From assembly GCA_017453285.1 (NCBI GenBank), contig JAFTKL010000043.1:1-41495 (forward strand): 41,495 nt of DNA, in the 5' to 3' direction. The stretch comes from Clostridia bacterium (lineage in GTDB: Bacteria; Bacillota; Clostridia; Oscillospirales; CAG-272). Below, one piece after another: positions 33,991 to 41,495 of this stretch. Both the position numbers and the translations under genes were made by a program. Positions within the stretch are counted from its first letter, which is position 1; every line of letters starts with the position of its first letter. The notes under the pieces are model-generated. The model was given only the letters and a program-made list of their open reading frames with translations, did not search any database and was not told where the DNA came from.

Positions 33991-34019
33991 ATTATACAGC
34001 AAAAAATTTCTTTTGTCAA
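33991..34019 (-). promoter_or_regulatory. sigma-A promoter of the EEP-DedA-tdk-udk operon
   Basis: Minus strand TTGACA-17 bp-TATAAT. Confidence 0.83.
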
Positions 34020-34060
34020 TTACCGAAAGCGCCCTTTTGCAACTTTTTGTGACAAAGCCG

Positions 34061-34089
34061 TTGAAATTTTCGCGCGGCGGTGATATAAT
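34061..34089 (+). promoter_or_regulatory. sigma-A promoter of the SGNH hydrolase operon
   Basis: TTGAAA-17 bp-TATAAT with TG extension. Confidence 0.78.
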
Positions 34090-34125
34090 GTAAACGTAGA
34101 AAAATTTAGGAGAGGAATATTACAT

Positions 34126-35217
34126 ATGAGCAACGATATTTCAAAAATAGATAAGAATCTTTCGGTCGAAACAACGCTCGTCAAGGACGGCATATACTTT
34201 TATGACGTGCGCCGCGAGCCCTTCCGTGTCTACGGTCTGTACGACTACAAAAATCAGCCTCATTTCCGCCGTCTTCCCGCAGAGGTAGCGGCGGCGACAA
34301 GCGACGGAGTTGCCGCGCTCTCAAAGCACACTGCAGGCGCCAGAGTGCGCTTTTGCACCGACTCGCCTTTTGTATGCATCAAAACTAAAATGAACTCGAT
34401 CTCGCTCTTTTCTCATATGCCCGCGAGCGGTGCGGCAGGCTTCGACCTTTTCATCGACTCGCCAGACGGAGCTGAGAGCAGATACGTGCGCACCTTTATG
34501 CCCCCGTGGCACACGACCGATGCGGGCTACGAGTCAAAGATCGACTTGGGCAGCAAAAAGCTCCGTTATTTTACCATAAACTTCCCTTCCTACAGCGGAG
34601 TTGATGAGCTTTTAGTAGGAATTAGCGAGGACGCGACGCTCGGCGAGGGACTTCGCTACCGCGATGCCGCTCCAATCCTCTACTACGGTAGCTCGATAAC
34701 TCAGGGCGGATGCGCCTCGCGATCGGGCAATATCTATCAGAACGTGGTCTGCCGCAGGACTAACTTCGACTACATCAATCTCGGATTTTCGGGCAACGGT
34801 CGAGGGGAGGACGTGATTGTCGACTATATGGCATCTCTCAACATCTCGGCGTTCGTCTGCGACTACGACCACAATTCACCGAGCCGCGCGCATCTGAGCG
34901 CAACTCACTACAAGATGTACGAAAAGATCCGTGCCGCGCACCCTGATATTCCTTATATTATGCTCTCAAAGTGCGACCTTGACAACGACTACAACTCAAA
35001 TCTCTCTCGCCGAGAGGTAGTCTACGATAGCTTCTGCCGCGCGCGTGCAAACGGAGACAAGAACGTGTATTACATCGACGGCGCGTCGATATTCCGCGGT
35101 CCTTACCAAAATATGTGCACGGTCGACTCCTGCCACCCGAACGATCTCGGCTTTGCGCTTATGGCTGATGCTATCACGGCAGAGCTTGAGCGCGCGATGA
35201 CGCAAAATCTCTTTTAA
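34126..35217 (+). CDS. SGNH/GDSL hydrolase with N-terminal accessory domain
   Basis: YGSSITQG, NLGFSGNG, DYDHN, DSCHPNDLG blocks. Confidence 0.88.
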   Translation: MSNDISKIDKNLSVETTLVKDGIYFYDVRREPFRVYGLYDYKNQPHFRRLPAEVAAATSDGVAALSKHTAGARVRFCTDSPFVCIKTKMNSISLFSHMPASGAAGFDLFIDSPDGAESRYVRTFMPPWHTTDAGYESKIDLGSKKLRYFTINFPSYSGVDELLVGISEDATLGEGLRYRDAAPILYYGSSITQGGCASRSGNIYQNVVCRRTNFDYINLGFSGNGRGEDVIVDYMASLNISAFVCDYDHNSPSRAHLSATHYKMYEKIRAAHPDIPYIMLSKCDLDNDYNSNLSRREVVYDSFCRARANGDKNVYYIDGASIFRGPYQNMCTVDSCHPNDLGFALMADAITAELERAMTQNLF

Positions 35218-35219
35218 AA

Positions 35220-36371
35220 ATGAAAAAGGTACTGATAATCGGCTGTCCCGGCGGCGGAAAGAGCAGCTTTGCGCGCGAGCTCCATCGGCGCACCTCTCTG
35301 CCGCTCTGTCACCTCGATATGCTCTTTTGGAACGCTGACAAAACCACCGTCTCGCGTGAAATTCTCTGCGAGAGAGTGCGCGAGGTGCTCGGGGGCGACG
35401 AGTGGATAATCGACGGCAACTACAGCGCGACTCTGCCGATGCGGCTTGAGGCTTGCGACAGCGTGTTCTTTCTCGATATGCCGACCGAGCTATGCCTTGA
35501 GGGCGTACGGCGCAGAAGAGGTCAGGTGCGCCCTGATATGCCGTGGATAGAAACCGAAGAGGATCCCGAGTTCACCGAGTACATAAAGAACTTCAACGAA
35601 ACCGCGCGCCCGCGCCTGCTTGAGCTTCTTGATGCTCACAAGGATAAGTTGCTGACCGTCTTTCTCTCGCACGAGGAGATCGGTGCGTATCTGACGCGGC
35701 TTGACATTCAAAACGAGCTTATCTCGATGGGTGAGGAAAAATACCGCCTCTTCTCTGCCTCGCTGACTCCCACAAAGAGCCCCGAGCAGATCATAGGAGT
35801 GCGCGTGCCCATCCTGCGCAAATACGCAAAGGCCCTCACGCGTGACGGCAGAGCCAAGGATTTTTTGCTTGAATGCCGCCACGAATATCTCGAAGAGCAA
35901 CATCTGCACGCGTTTCTTATCGAGCAGATATCCGACATTGACACCTGCCTTTACGAGCTCGACCGTTTTCTGCCGCATATCGACAATTGGGCGAGCTGTG
36001 ACTCGCTCAGACCAAAGGTGCTGACAAAGGACAAAACGCGCCTGCTTGGGCACATCAAGAGATGGCTCACGTCTCCCCACGAATACACCGTCCGCTTCGC
36101 GATAGAGTGCCTTATGCTCTACTACCTCGGTGACAGTCTCACCCCCGATATACACGAGCTCGTGGCAGACGTCAAGCGCGAGGAATACTATATAAAGATG
36201 ATGGTCGCGTGGTATTTTGCAACCGCGCTCGCAAAAGATTGGGAGGCTACTCTTCCGTACGTCGCAGAGCGCCGACTTGATGTTTGGACGCACGCAAAGA
36301 CGATACAGAAGGCGTGCGAGAGCTACAGACTTACACCCGAGCAGAAAAACATTCTGCGCGGATACAAATAA
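35220..36371 (+). CDS. Fusion: FlaR/adenylate-kinase-like P-loop domain + AlkD-like DNA alkylation repair domain
   Basis: N-terminal IIGCPGGGKS, HLDMLFW, WIIDGNY. C-terminal IGVRVPILRK, IDNWASCD, EYTVRF, YYIKMMVAWYFATAL, KACESYR. Confidence 0.85.
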   Translation: MKKVLIIGCPGGGKSSFARELHRRTSLPLCHLDMLFWNADKTTVSREILCERVREVLGGDEWIIDGNYSATLPMRLEACDSVFFLDMPTELCLEGVRRRRGQVRPDMPWIETEEDPEFTEYIKNFNETARPRLLELLDAHKDKLLTVFLSHEEIGAYLTRLDIQNELISMGEEKYRLFSASLTPTKSPEQIIGVRVPILRKYAKALTRDGRAKDFLLECRHEYLEEQHLHAFLIEQISDIDTCLYELDRFLPHIDNWASCDSLRPKVLTKDKTRLLGHIKRWLTSPHEYTVRFAIECLMLYYLGDSLTPDIHELVADVKREEYYIKMMVAWYFATALAKDWEATLPYVAERRLDVWTHAKTIQKACESYRLTPEQKNILRGYK

Positions 36372-36391
36372 AACAAAAAAAGGAGACAGCT

Positions 36392-37615
36392 ATGACCTTC
36401 AAAGTTATACTTATCATCTGCGTGCTGATCAAGAGCATATATTCGATCTTGCTCAACGCAGTACGCTACAGATCGGCAAGCAACCCCACACCCGCAAATC
36501 TCGCGGACGTATACGATGCAGAGACCTATCAGAAATGGAAGAAATACAGCGCGGAGCACAACCGCCTGAGCATGATCTCCGAGGTCATTTCCTGCATCGC
36601 TATGCTCGCGCTTCTCATCACAAACGCATACTCCGCGTTCGCGTCGATATTCCCCGAGGGCGGCGGTATGTACGCGGTAGTCATTCTCACAGTCGCAGTA
36701 GATACTATCATAGAGATCCCGATAAAATACGTTTCGACTATGGTCATCGAGCAGAAGTACGGCTTCAACCGCTCGAGCGTCAAGACATTTGTTATAGACT
36801 GTATCCGCTCTTTGCTGCTTGAGTTCGTGCTAACGCTCGCGCTCTGCGGACTTATGGCGCTTCTTCACGGCTGGGTAGGAGATTGGATCATGCTTCTCTT
36901 TGCGCTCGTCGTTTTTGCGATTACTATGCTTATCTCCTTCCTCTATCCTATCTTCAGCAGACTCGGCAACAAGTTCACTCCACTTGAGGACGGCGAGCTG
37001 AAGGATAAGCTTCTCGCGCTTCTCGAGAAGTACGGCTACAAAGTAAAGGCAATCGAGGTAATGGATGCGTCGCGCAGAACTACCAAGCTCAATGCGTATT
37101 TCACAGGCTTTGGCAAGATGAAAACCATCGTGCTCTACGACAATCTGCTGAACGTTATGACCGAGGACGAGATCTGCGCTATCTTCGCGCACGAAATGGG
37201 ACATGGACTCCACAAGGACGTGCTCAAGGGACAGATACTCAACATCGGCAATCTGCTCCTTATGGGCGTGCTCGTTTGGCTGACGCTCAGAGAGCCTACC
37301 TTCTACACCTCCTTCGGATTTTCCGAGATAAACTATGGTTTTGCCTATATTATCATCGGCGTGTGGCTCGGACTTTCTCAGCCGCTCACCTCGCTGCTCA
37401 CAAACGCGAGAAGCCGTGCCGCTGAGTTCCGTGCCGACAGACAGTCGGTAGAAGAGGGCTACGGCGAGGCTATGATAGTCGCGCTCAAAAAGCTCGCGAA
37501 GGACAACTTCGCGCACCTCTCTCCCTCTAAGATAAACGTCGCGCTTGAGTACAGCCATCCTCCGCTCAGCAGAAGAGTCGAAGAGGTCGAAAAGGCACTC
37601 AGATCCACAAAATAA
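36392..37615 (+). CDS. M48 family (Ste24/CAAX-like) membrane zinc metallopeptidase
   Basis: IEQKYGFN, NAYFTG, AHEMGH, EFRAD, YSHPP. AAGGAG RBS precedes ATG 36392. Confidence 0.92.
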   Translation: MTFKVILIICVLIKSIYSILLNAVRYRSASNPTPANLADVYDAETYQKWKKYSAEHNRLSMISEVISCIAMLALLITNAYSAFASIFPEGGGMYAVVILTVAVDTIIEIPIKYVSTMVIEQKYGFNRSSVKTFVIDCIRSLLLEFVLTLALCGLMALLHGWVGDWIMLLFALVVFAITMLISFLYPIFSRLGNKFTPLEDGELKDKLLALLEKYGYKVKAIEVMDASRRTTKLNAYFTGFGKMKTIVLYDNLLNVMTEDEICAIFAHEMGHGLHKDVLKGQILNIGNLLLMGVLVWLTLREPTFYTSFGFSEINYGFAYIIIGVWLGLSQPLTSLLTNARSRAAEFRADRQSVEEGYGEAMIVALKKLAKDNFAHLSPSKINVALEYSHPPLSRRVEEVEKALRSTK

Positions 37616-37629
37616 GGTCAAAATCACCT

Positions 37630-37719
37630 CGGTTGCCACGATTTTTTGCAAAAGCAACCGCTATTTGACAAATTGCAAGCTGTCGGTTGGTGGATTTTCG
37701 CGTGCAAAGATGCTATAAT
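37630..37719 (+). promoter_or_regulatory. Promoter region with candidate operator repeats of the XRE regulator
   Basis: CGGTTGC (37630-37636)/GCAACCG (37654-37660) inverted repeat, a further CGGTTG near 37684, and extended -10 TGcTATAAT (37711-37719). Confidence 0.5.
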
Positions 37720-37765
37720 AGCCTTGCGGTTAGAACCGACGACAAACAAGGAAAGGTATTAAAAA

Positions 37766-38740
37766 ATGATTTTAGCAGACAAGATAATACAGCAAAGAAA
37801 GAAGAATGGATGGTCACAAGAAGAGCTTGCCGAGAAGATGAACGTCTCGCGTCAGGCGGTCTCCAAATGGGAGAGCGCGCAGACCGTGCCCGATCTGCAG
37901 AAGATACTTCAGCTCGCGACTCTCTTCGGTGTCACGACAGACTATCTTCTTAAAGACGAGATCGAGGATGCAGAATACACCCCCGACGAGCCGAGTAGTT
38001 CTAACAAGGTATCCTTGACAATGGCGCAGAACTACCTTGCTCTCCGCAAGAGCGCGGCAAAGTGCATCGCGCTTGCGACGGTTCTTTGTATTCTCTCGGT
38101 AGTTCCGCTCATACTTCTCGGCGCGCTGTCGGATCTTCAGATAATTAGTATGTCGGACACGGTTGCAGGCGTGCTTGGACTTTGCGTGATGTTCGTATTC
38201 GTCGGCATCGCGGTGGCTATTTATATTGCAACCGGCTCCAAGAGCGCGGAATATTCCTTCCTCACAAAAGGCGATTTCGAACGCGAATACGGCGTTGACG
38301 GACTTCTTCGCGAAAAGCAGAAGGCATTCAGACCGATCTACGTTCGCTCAAATCTCATCGGCACTATGCTGATGATCTTCTCTCCCCTGCCGATCATCAT
38401 ATCGGCGCTCGCAAACAACGAGCTCTTATCCGTGCTCGCGCTCTGCTTTTTGTTCTTCGCCGTAGCCGTCGGAGTTTATTTCTATATAAACGTAGGCGTT
38501 CAGTGGGCGAGCATCCGCAGACTTCAGGACGATCCCGAATATATTGAGCGTACTCCCGACCGCTCCACTCTCTCGGGAGTTGGTAACTCGGTCTATTGGG
38601 CTATCGTCACTGCAATATATTTCTTTTGGAGCTTCGCGGGCGGCGCATGGCATATTTCCTGGATCGTTTGGGTGATCGCGGGCGTTCTCGACAGCGCGGT
38701 TATGGGTGTGCTTTATTATATCGAGAATAAGAAAAGGTAA
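37766..38740 (+). CDS. XRE-family HTH regulator with C-terminal multi-pass membrane domain
   Basis: SQEELAEKMNVSRQAVSKWE..QTVPD...LFGVTTDYLL followed by about 6 hydrophobic segments. Confidence 0.9.
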   Translation: MILADKIIQQRKKNGWSQEELAEKMNVSRQAVSKWESAQTVPDLQKILQLATLFGVTTDYLLKDEIEDAEYTPDEPSSSNKVSLTMAQNYLALRKSAAKCIALATVLCILSVVPLILLGALSDLQIISMSDTVAGVLGLCVMFVFVGIAVAIYIATGSKSAEYSFLTKGDFEREYGVDGLLREKQKAFRPIYVRSNLIGTMLMIFSPLPIIISALANNELLSVLALCFLFFAVAVGVYFYINVGVQWASIRRLQDDPEYIERTPDRSTLSGVGNSVYWAIVTAIYFFWSFAGGAWHISWIVWVIAGVLDSAVMGVLYYIENKKR

Positions 38741-38743
38741 AAA

Positions 38744-39222
38744 ATGTTCAGAGAACTACAGAGAAAAAATAAACAGATACCGCACGAGGAATGCATCGAG
38801 CTACTCACAAACGAGACGCGCGGCATCCTCTCAGTACTTGGCCACGACGGATACCCTTATGGAATGCCGATGAATCACTATTACTCGACAGAGGACGGAT
38901 GCGTGTACTTCCACTGCGGAAGAAAAGGTCACCGTCTCGATGCGCTCAGACGGTGCGATAAAGTCTCATTTTGCGTCACCGAGCGCGGAACACGCGAGAA
39001 AGACAGCGAGTGGCGCTCACGGTCAGAAGTGTGATCGTTTTCGGGAAGATCGATATCATCGACGATATCGACAAAACGAGTAAGATCGCAACAAAGCTCT
39101 CGCACAAGTTCACGCAGGACGAGAACTACATAGCGCACGAGATCGAGCACTTCGCCAAAGCTACGCTTCTTCTCAGACTCACACCCGAGCATATCTGCGG
39201 TAAACGCGTGGTAGAGTCGTGA
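38744..39222 (+). pseudogene. Pyridoxamine 5'-phosphate oxidase-like / NimA-like flavin-binding protein, split by a 1-nt frameshift near 39012
   Basis: First frame: GILS..GYPYGMPMNH..VYFHC..GHRLD..KVSFCV. A second frame continues ALTVRSVIVFG...PEHICGK. Adding one G (TGGCG to TGGGCG) restores EWALTVRSV. Confidence 0.8.
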
Positions 39223-39236
39223 TGCACAAGTAAAAT

Positions 39237-39263
39237 AAAAAGAGGACACTGCGTCCTCTTTTT
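39237..39263 (+). terminator. Intrinsic terminator
   Basis: AAAAAGAGGAC-ACTGC-GTCCTCTTTTT. Confidence 0.85.
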
Positions 39264-39309
39264 GTCATTATGCACAGTACTGACGACAATATTTTTGCTG
39301 TTTTACGAA

Positions 39310-39338
39310 TTGAAATTCCTATATTTTTATGATATAAT
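39310..39338 (+). promoter_or_regulatory. sigma-A promoter of the lipoprotein gene
   Basis: TTGAAA-17 bp-TATAAT with TG extension. Confidence 0.78.
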
Positions 39339-39378
39339 ATAACCACAATTTATTTATCCGTCAAAGGAGATATTAACT

Positions 39379-41052
39379 ATGAAAAAAATCATAGCTTTAT
39401 TGTTGACAGTATTTATGCTCTTGCCCCTTTGTCTGACCGCGTGCGGTGACGTCGACGAACCTGTGGGAACAGATCCTGAGCAGTCAACAAACTCGACCGA
39501 AAAACCTACCGAAAAAGTTCCGAACGACACCCAAAAGCCTGACGAACCGGATGAGCCCGACGAACCCGATGAACCGGACGAACCCGACGAGCCCGACGAG
39601 CCGATAGTCCTCGAACGCGAGGTCTCCTATCTTCCCGAGACTGTTTTGACTAAGATGACCGAGCTCTTTGAAGGAAAATCAGGCGGCGGTACTGCATATT
39701 GGATGGAAGGTGCTCCCTATGCCCTCAGAGACAGAGAGAGCTTCAAGGGTAAGACTCTTGCATCCATCACACTTGCCGTTTACGGAACAAAGACTGCGGT
39801 CGACGGAAACTTTATCTTCACCTTGCAGATCTTCAAGAACACACCCGAGGCAATAGAAAATTCAAGTCCTTTGAGAACCTACAACATAAAGATATCTGCC
39901 GAGGAATACGGACTTTCCGAAAACGCTTCGGGTGTATATAAGCTTATCACGGTCGACCTTGCCGAGTATGGCATCACGATCGCCGATGACGAGATAATGG
40001 CGTTTTGCGATAAAGACGATACGCTTATCCCCGCGTATGCGGAAGGTAACAATCCCGTATATAAGCTCTTCGAAAGAGATTTCCCCGATATGAGAGGATT
40101 TTCTCTCAAGGTCGGTAAGTCGGCGTGGGCTCCTTCCACAACAAATTCGCTTATATATAACTTTACCTTCGCAGAAAAGTATGACAGCGAAGAGGAATAT
40201 GTCAAAAATGCTACTTTTGAAGAGATGCTCGAGGTAGTCAAGGACGTTTACGGCGGCGCTGACCTCTCTGTATTCGGAGACAGTATCTCTACTCTTTACG
40301 GCGTTTCCAATAATGCAAGCTACAACTCCACAATAGGTTCCAATGTTGCTTACTACGCAAATTCTCAGTACACGGGCGGCGCATTAAATTCTCCTATGGA
40401 GATAGAAGACACCTATTGGGGACGGTTCGTAACGCTTGGAGATATGAACCTTTGCGTTAATAATTCCTGGGGCGGCGACTCGCTCTCTGCTGACAGATAT
40501 GTAAACAGAGCGCAGCAGCTCCACAACGCCTCTGGCAAGACCCCCAATTTTATCCTCGTATATTTCGGTATCAACGATGCCAGCAGCGCGTCAAGACCTC
40601 CCGTCGGTGAGCTTAAGGAGCTTCTCGAGAACAGGGGAAATAAGAGCGAGGATAAGGTAATAGAGGCATGGCTTGAAGACACCCTTGCTAATAAGGCAAA
40701 TTACAGATCGTTTGACTTTTCTCAGATGTATGCGTATATGCTTCAGCTTATGCTCGATAACTATCCCGGTGCCAAGATGGCCTGCATCTCGCTCGTAAGC
40801 AATAAGATCGCAGAGAGAAACGGCGCCGACGTAGAGGAATATAATTACGTTATCAAAGCACTTGCCGACTATTTCGGAATTTTCTACGTTGATCAGGGCA
40901 ACGTTATAACAAAGGATAACCGAGAGGTATATATGATTGACGGAGATGTTGTGCATCCCAATGTTGCAGGACATGGACTTATATTCGAAGAGATAGTCCG
41001 CACGCTCTACATAGATATTGTCTCGGATCCCAAATATAAGCCTAATAAATAA
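39379..41052 (+). CDS. Lipoprotein with acidic Pro-rich linker, unrecognised middle domain and C-terminal SGNH hydrolase
   Basis: MKKIIALLL...LTAC lipobox; (PDE)7; FGDSIS, NSWGG, YFGIND, DVVHPN SGNH blocks. Confidence 0.87.
   Translation: MKKIIALLLTVFMLLPLCLTACGDVDEPVGTDPEQSTNSTEKPTEKVPNDTQKPDEPDEPDEPDEPDEPDEPDEPIVLEREVSYLPETVLTKMTELFEGKSGGGTAYWMEGAPYALRDRESFKGKTLASITLAVYGTKTAVDGNFIFTLQIFKNTPEAIENSSPLRTYNIKISAEEYGLSENASGVYKLITVDLAEYGITIADDEIMAFCDKDDTLIPAYAEGNNPVYKLFERDFPDMRGFSLKVGKSAWAPSTTNSLIYNFTFAEKYDSEEEYVKNATFEEMLEVVKDVYGGADLSVFGDSISTLYGVSNNASYNSTIGSNVAYYANSQYTGGALNSPMEIEDTYWGRFVTLGDMNLCVNNSWGGDSLSADRYVNRAQQLHNASGKTPNFILVYFGINDASSASRPPVGELKELLENRGNKSEDKVIEAWLEDTLANKANYRSFDFSQMYAYMLQLMLDNYPGAKMACISLVSNKIAERNGADVEEYNYVIKALADYFGIFYVDQGNVITKDNREVYMIDGDVVHPNVAGHGLIFEEIVRTLYIDIVSDPKYKPNK
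39538..39600 (+). repeat. Seven tandem 9-bp units encoding (Pro-Asp-Glu)7
   Basis: CCN GAY GAR x7 with synonymous variation. Confidence 0.92.
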
Positions 41053-41072
41053 TTTAAGTTTAAATGAGCACA

Positions 41073-41112
41073 AGGATCGGCGCAAAAATGCTGTGCGCCG
41101 ATCCTCATTTTT
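41073..41112 (+). terminator. Intrinsic terminator
   Basis: AGGATCGGCGCA / TGCGCCGATCCT stem followed by CATTTTT. Confidence 0.8.
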
Positions 41113-41216
41113 GCACAATATATAAAGTGAGCTTTAGAAGATAGCAGATATAGGAATTGCCAAAGAAACAAAAAGAAAAAACAAAAAACTTTTTTTAAAA
41201 ATTTCTCAAAAAAGGC

Positions 41217-41245
41217 TTGACTTTTTCCAAAAAGCGTGGTATAAT
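41217..41245 (+). promoter_or_regulatory. sigma-A promoter of tRNA-Pro
   Basis: TTGACT-17 bp-TATAAT with TG extension and upstream A/T tracts. Confidence 0.85.
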
Positions 41246-41262
41246 GTCAAAGTCGTAAAGAT

Positions 41263-41338
41263 CTGGGTGTGGCGCAGTTGGGAGCGCGCTACCTTGGGGT
41301 GGTAGAGGCCGCAAGTTCAAGTCTTGTCACTCAGACCA
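41263..41338 (+). tRNA. tRNA-Pro (GGG)
   Basis: CTGGGTG/CACTCAG acceptor stem; anticodon arm CTACC-TTGGGGT-GGTAG; GTTCAAGTC T-loop; encoded CCA; 76 nt. Confidence 0.95.
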
Positions 41339-41376
41339 AAAATCCGTAGAAATTGCACAATTTCTGCGGATTTTTT
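41338..41376 (+). terminator. Intrinsic terminator after tRNA-Pro
   Basis: AAAATCCGTAGAAATTG-CA-CAATTTCTGCGGATTTTTT. Confidence 0.85.
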
Positions 41377-41495
41377 CTTTTTGTTTTAGTGCCATACTAA
41401 CAGTTTTTGCTTCAAATATTCGATTTTAGGTGTTTTAGTGCATAATTGGTGCATAGGTGGCGATTGGCTTGACCCCATTTCCGACCATAGACGGA

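Noticed and set aside
39538-39600. CRISPR-like or phase-variable repeat
   Set aside because: In-frame 9-bp coding repeat without spacers. No CRISPR array or cas gene was seen anywhere in the window.

Overview
Mostly core-genome segment of a Firmicute, most consistent with an uncultured Clostridia lineage (inferred from gene content, near-consensus sigma-A promoters and AGGAGG-type ribosome-binding sites (RBS)). In order it holds: tRNA-Asp (partial) and tRNA-Val; a nudF-like/GDPD-like/DUF1015/udg/AEC-transporter run; a complete shikimate-to-Phe/Tyr operon (aroF-tyrA-aroB-aroA-[FAD oxidoreductase]-aroC-pheA-aroEK-aroQ) followed by a stand-alone winged-helix gene and queH; tRNA-Leu; a MITE-like element; PPTase-fumC-malic enzyme-PHP; a minus-strand block (two MacB-like ABC fusions, ProX, methyltransferase, lipoprotein, glycoside hydrolase); glpK and a lipase; a nucleoside-salvage operon; SGNH hydrolases; a FlaR-AlkD fusion; an M48 peptidase; an XRE membrane regulator; a frameshifted flavin-binding gene; and tRNA-Pro. 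The main find is an unannotated 21-codon leader peptide (MNRFFANNYFYLYFYYFCGNN; 5 Phe + 5 Tyr) upstream of the aro operon. It has hand-traceable, mutually exclusive protector, antiterminator and terminator helices, suggesting a classical ribosome-stalling attenuator that senses both Phe and Tyr, in a phylum where T-boxes are the usual mechanism. Other notable items are a ~280 bp TA-flanked MITE at a predicted transcription start, a one-gene lipoprotein cassette flanked by 29-bp direct repeats that duplicate a gene 3' end, and a GDPD-like protein lacking its catalytic residues. All calls are by eye from motifs; no database search or folding program was run.
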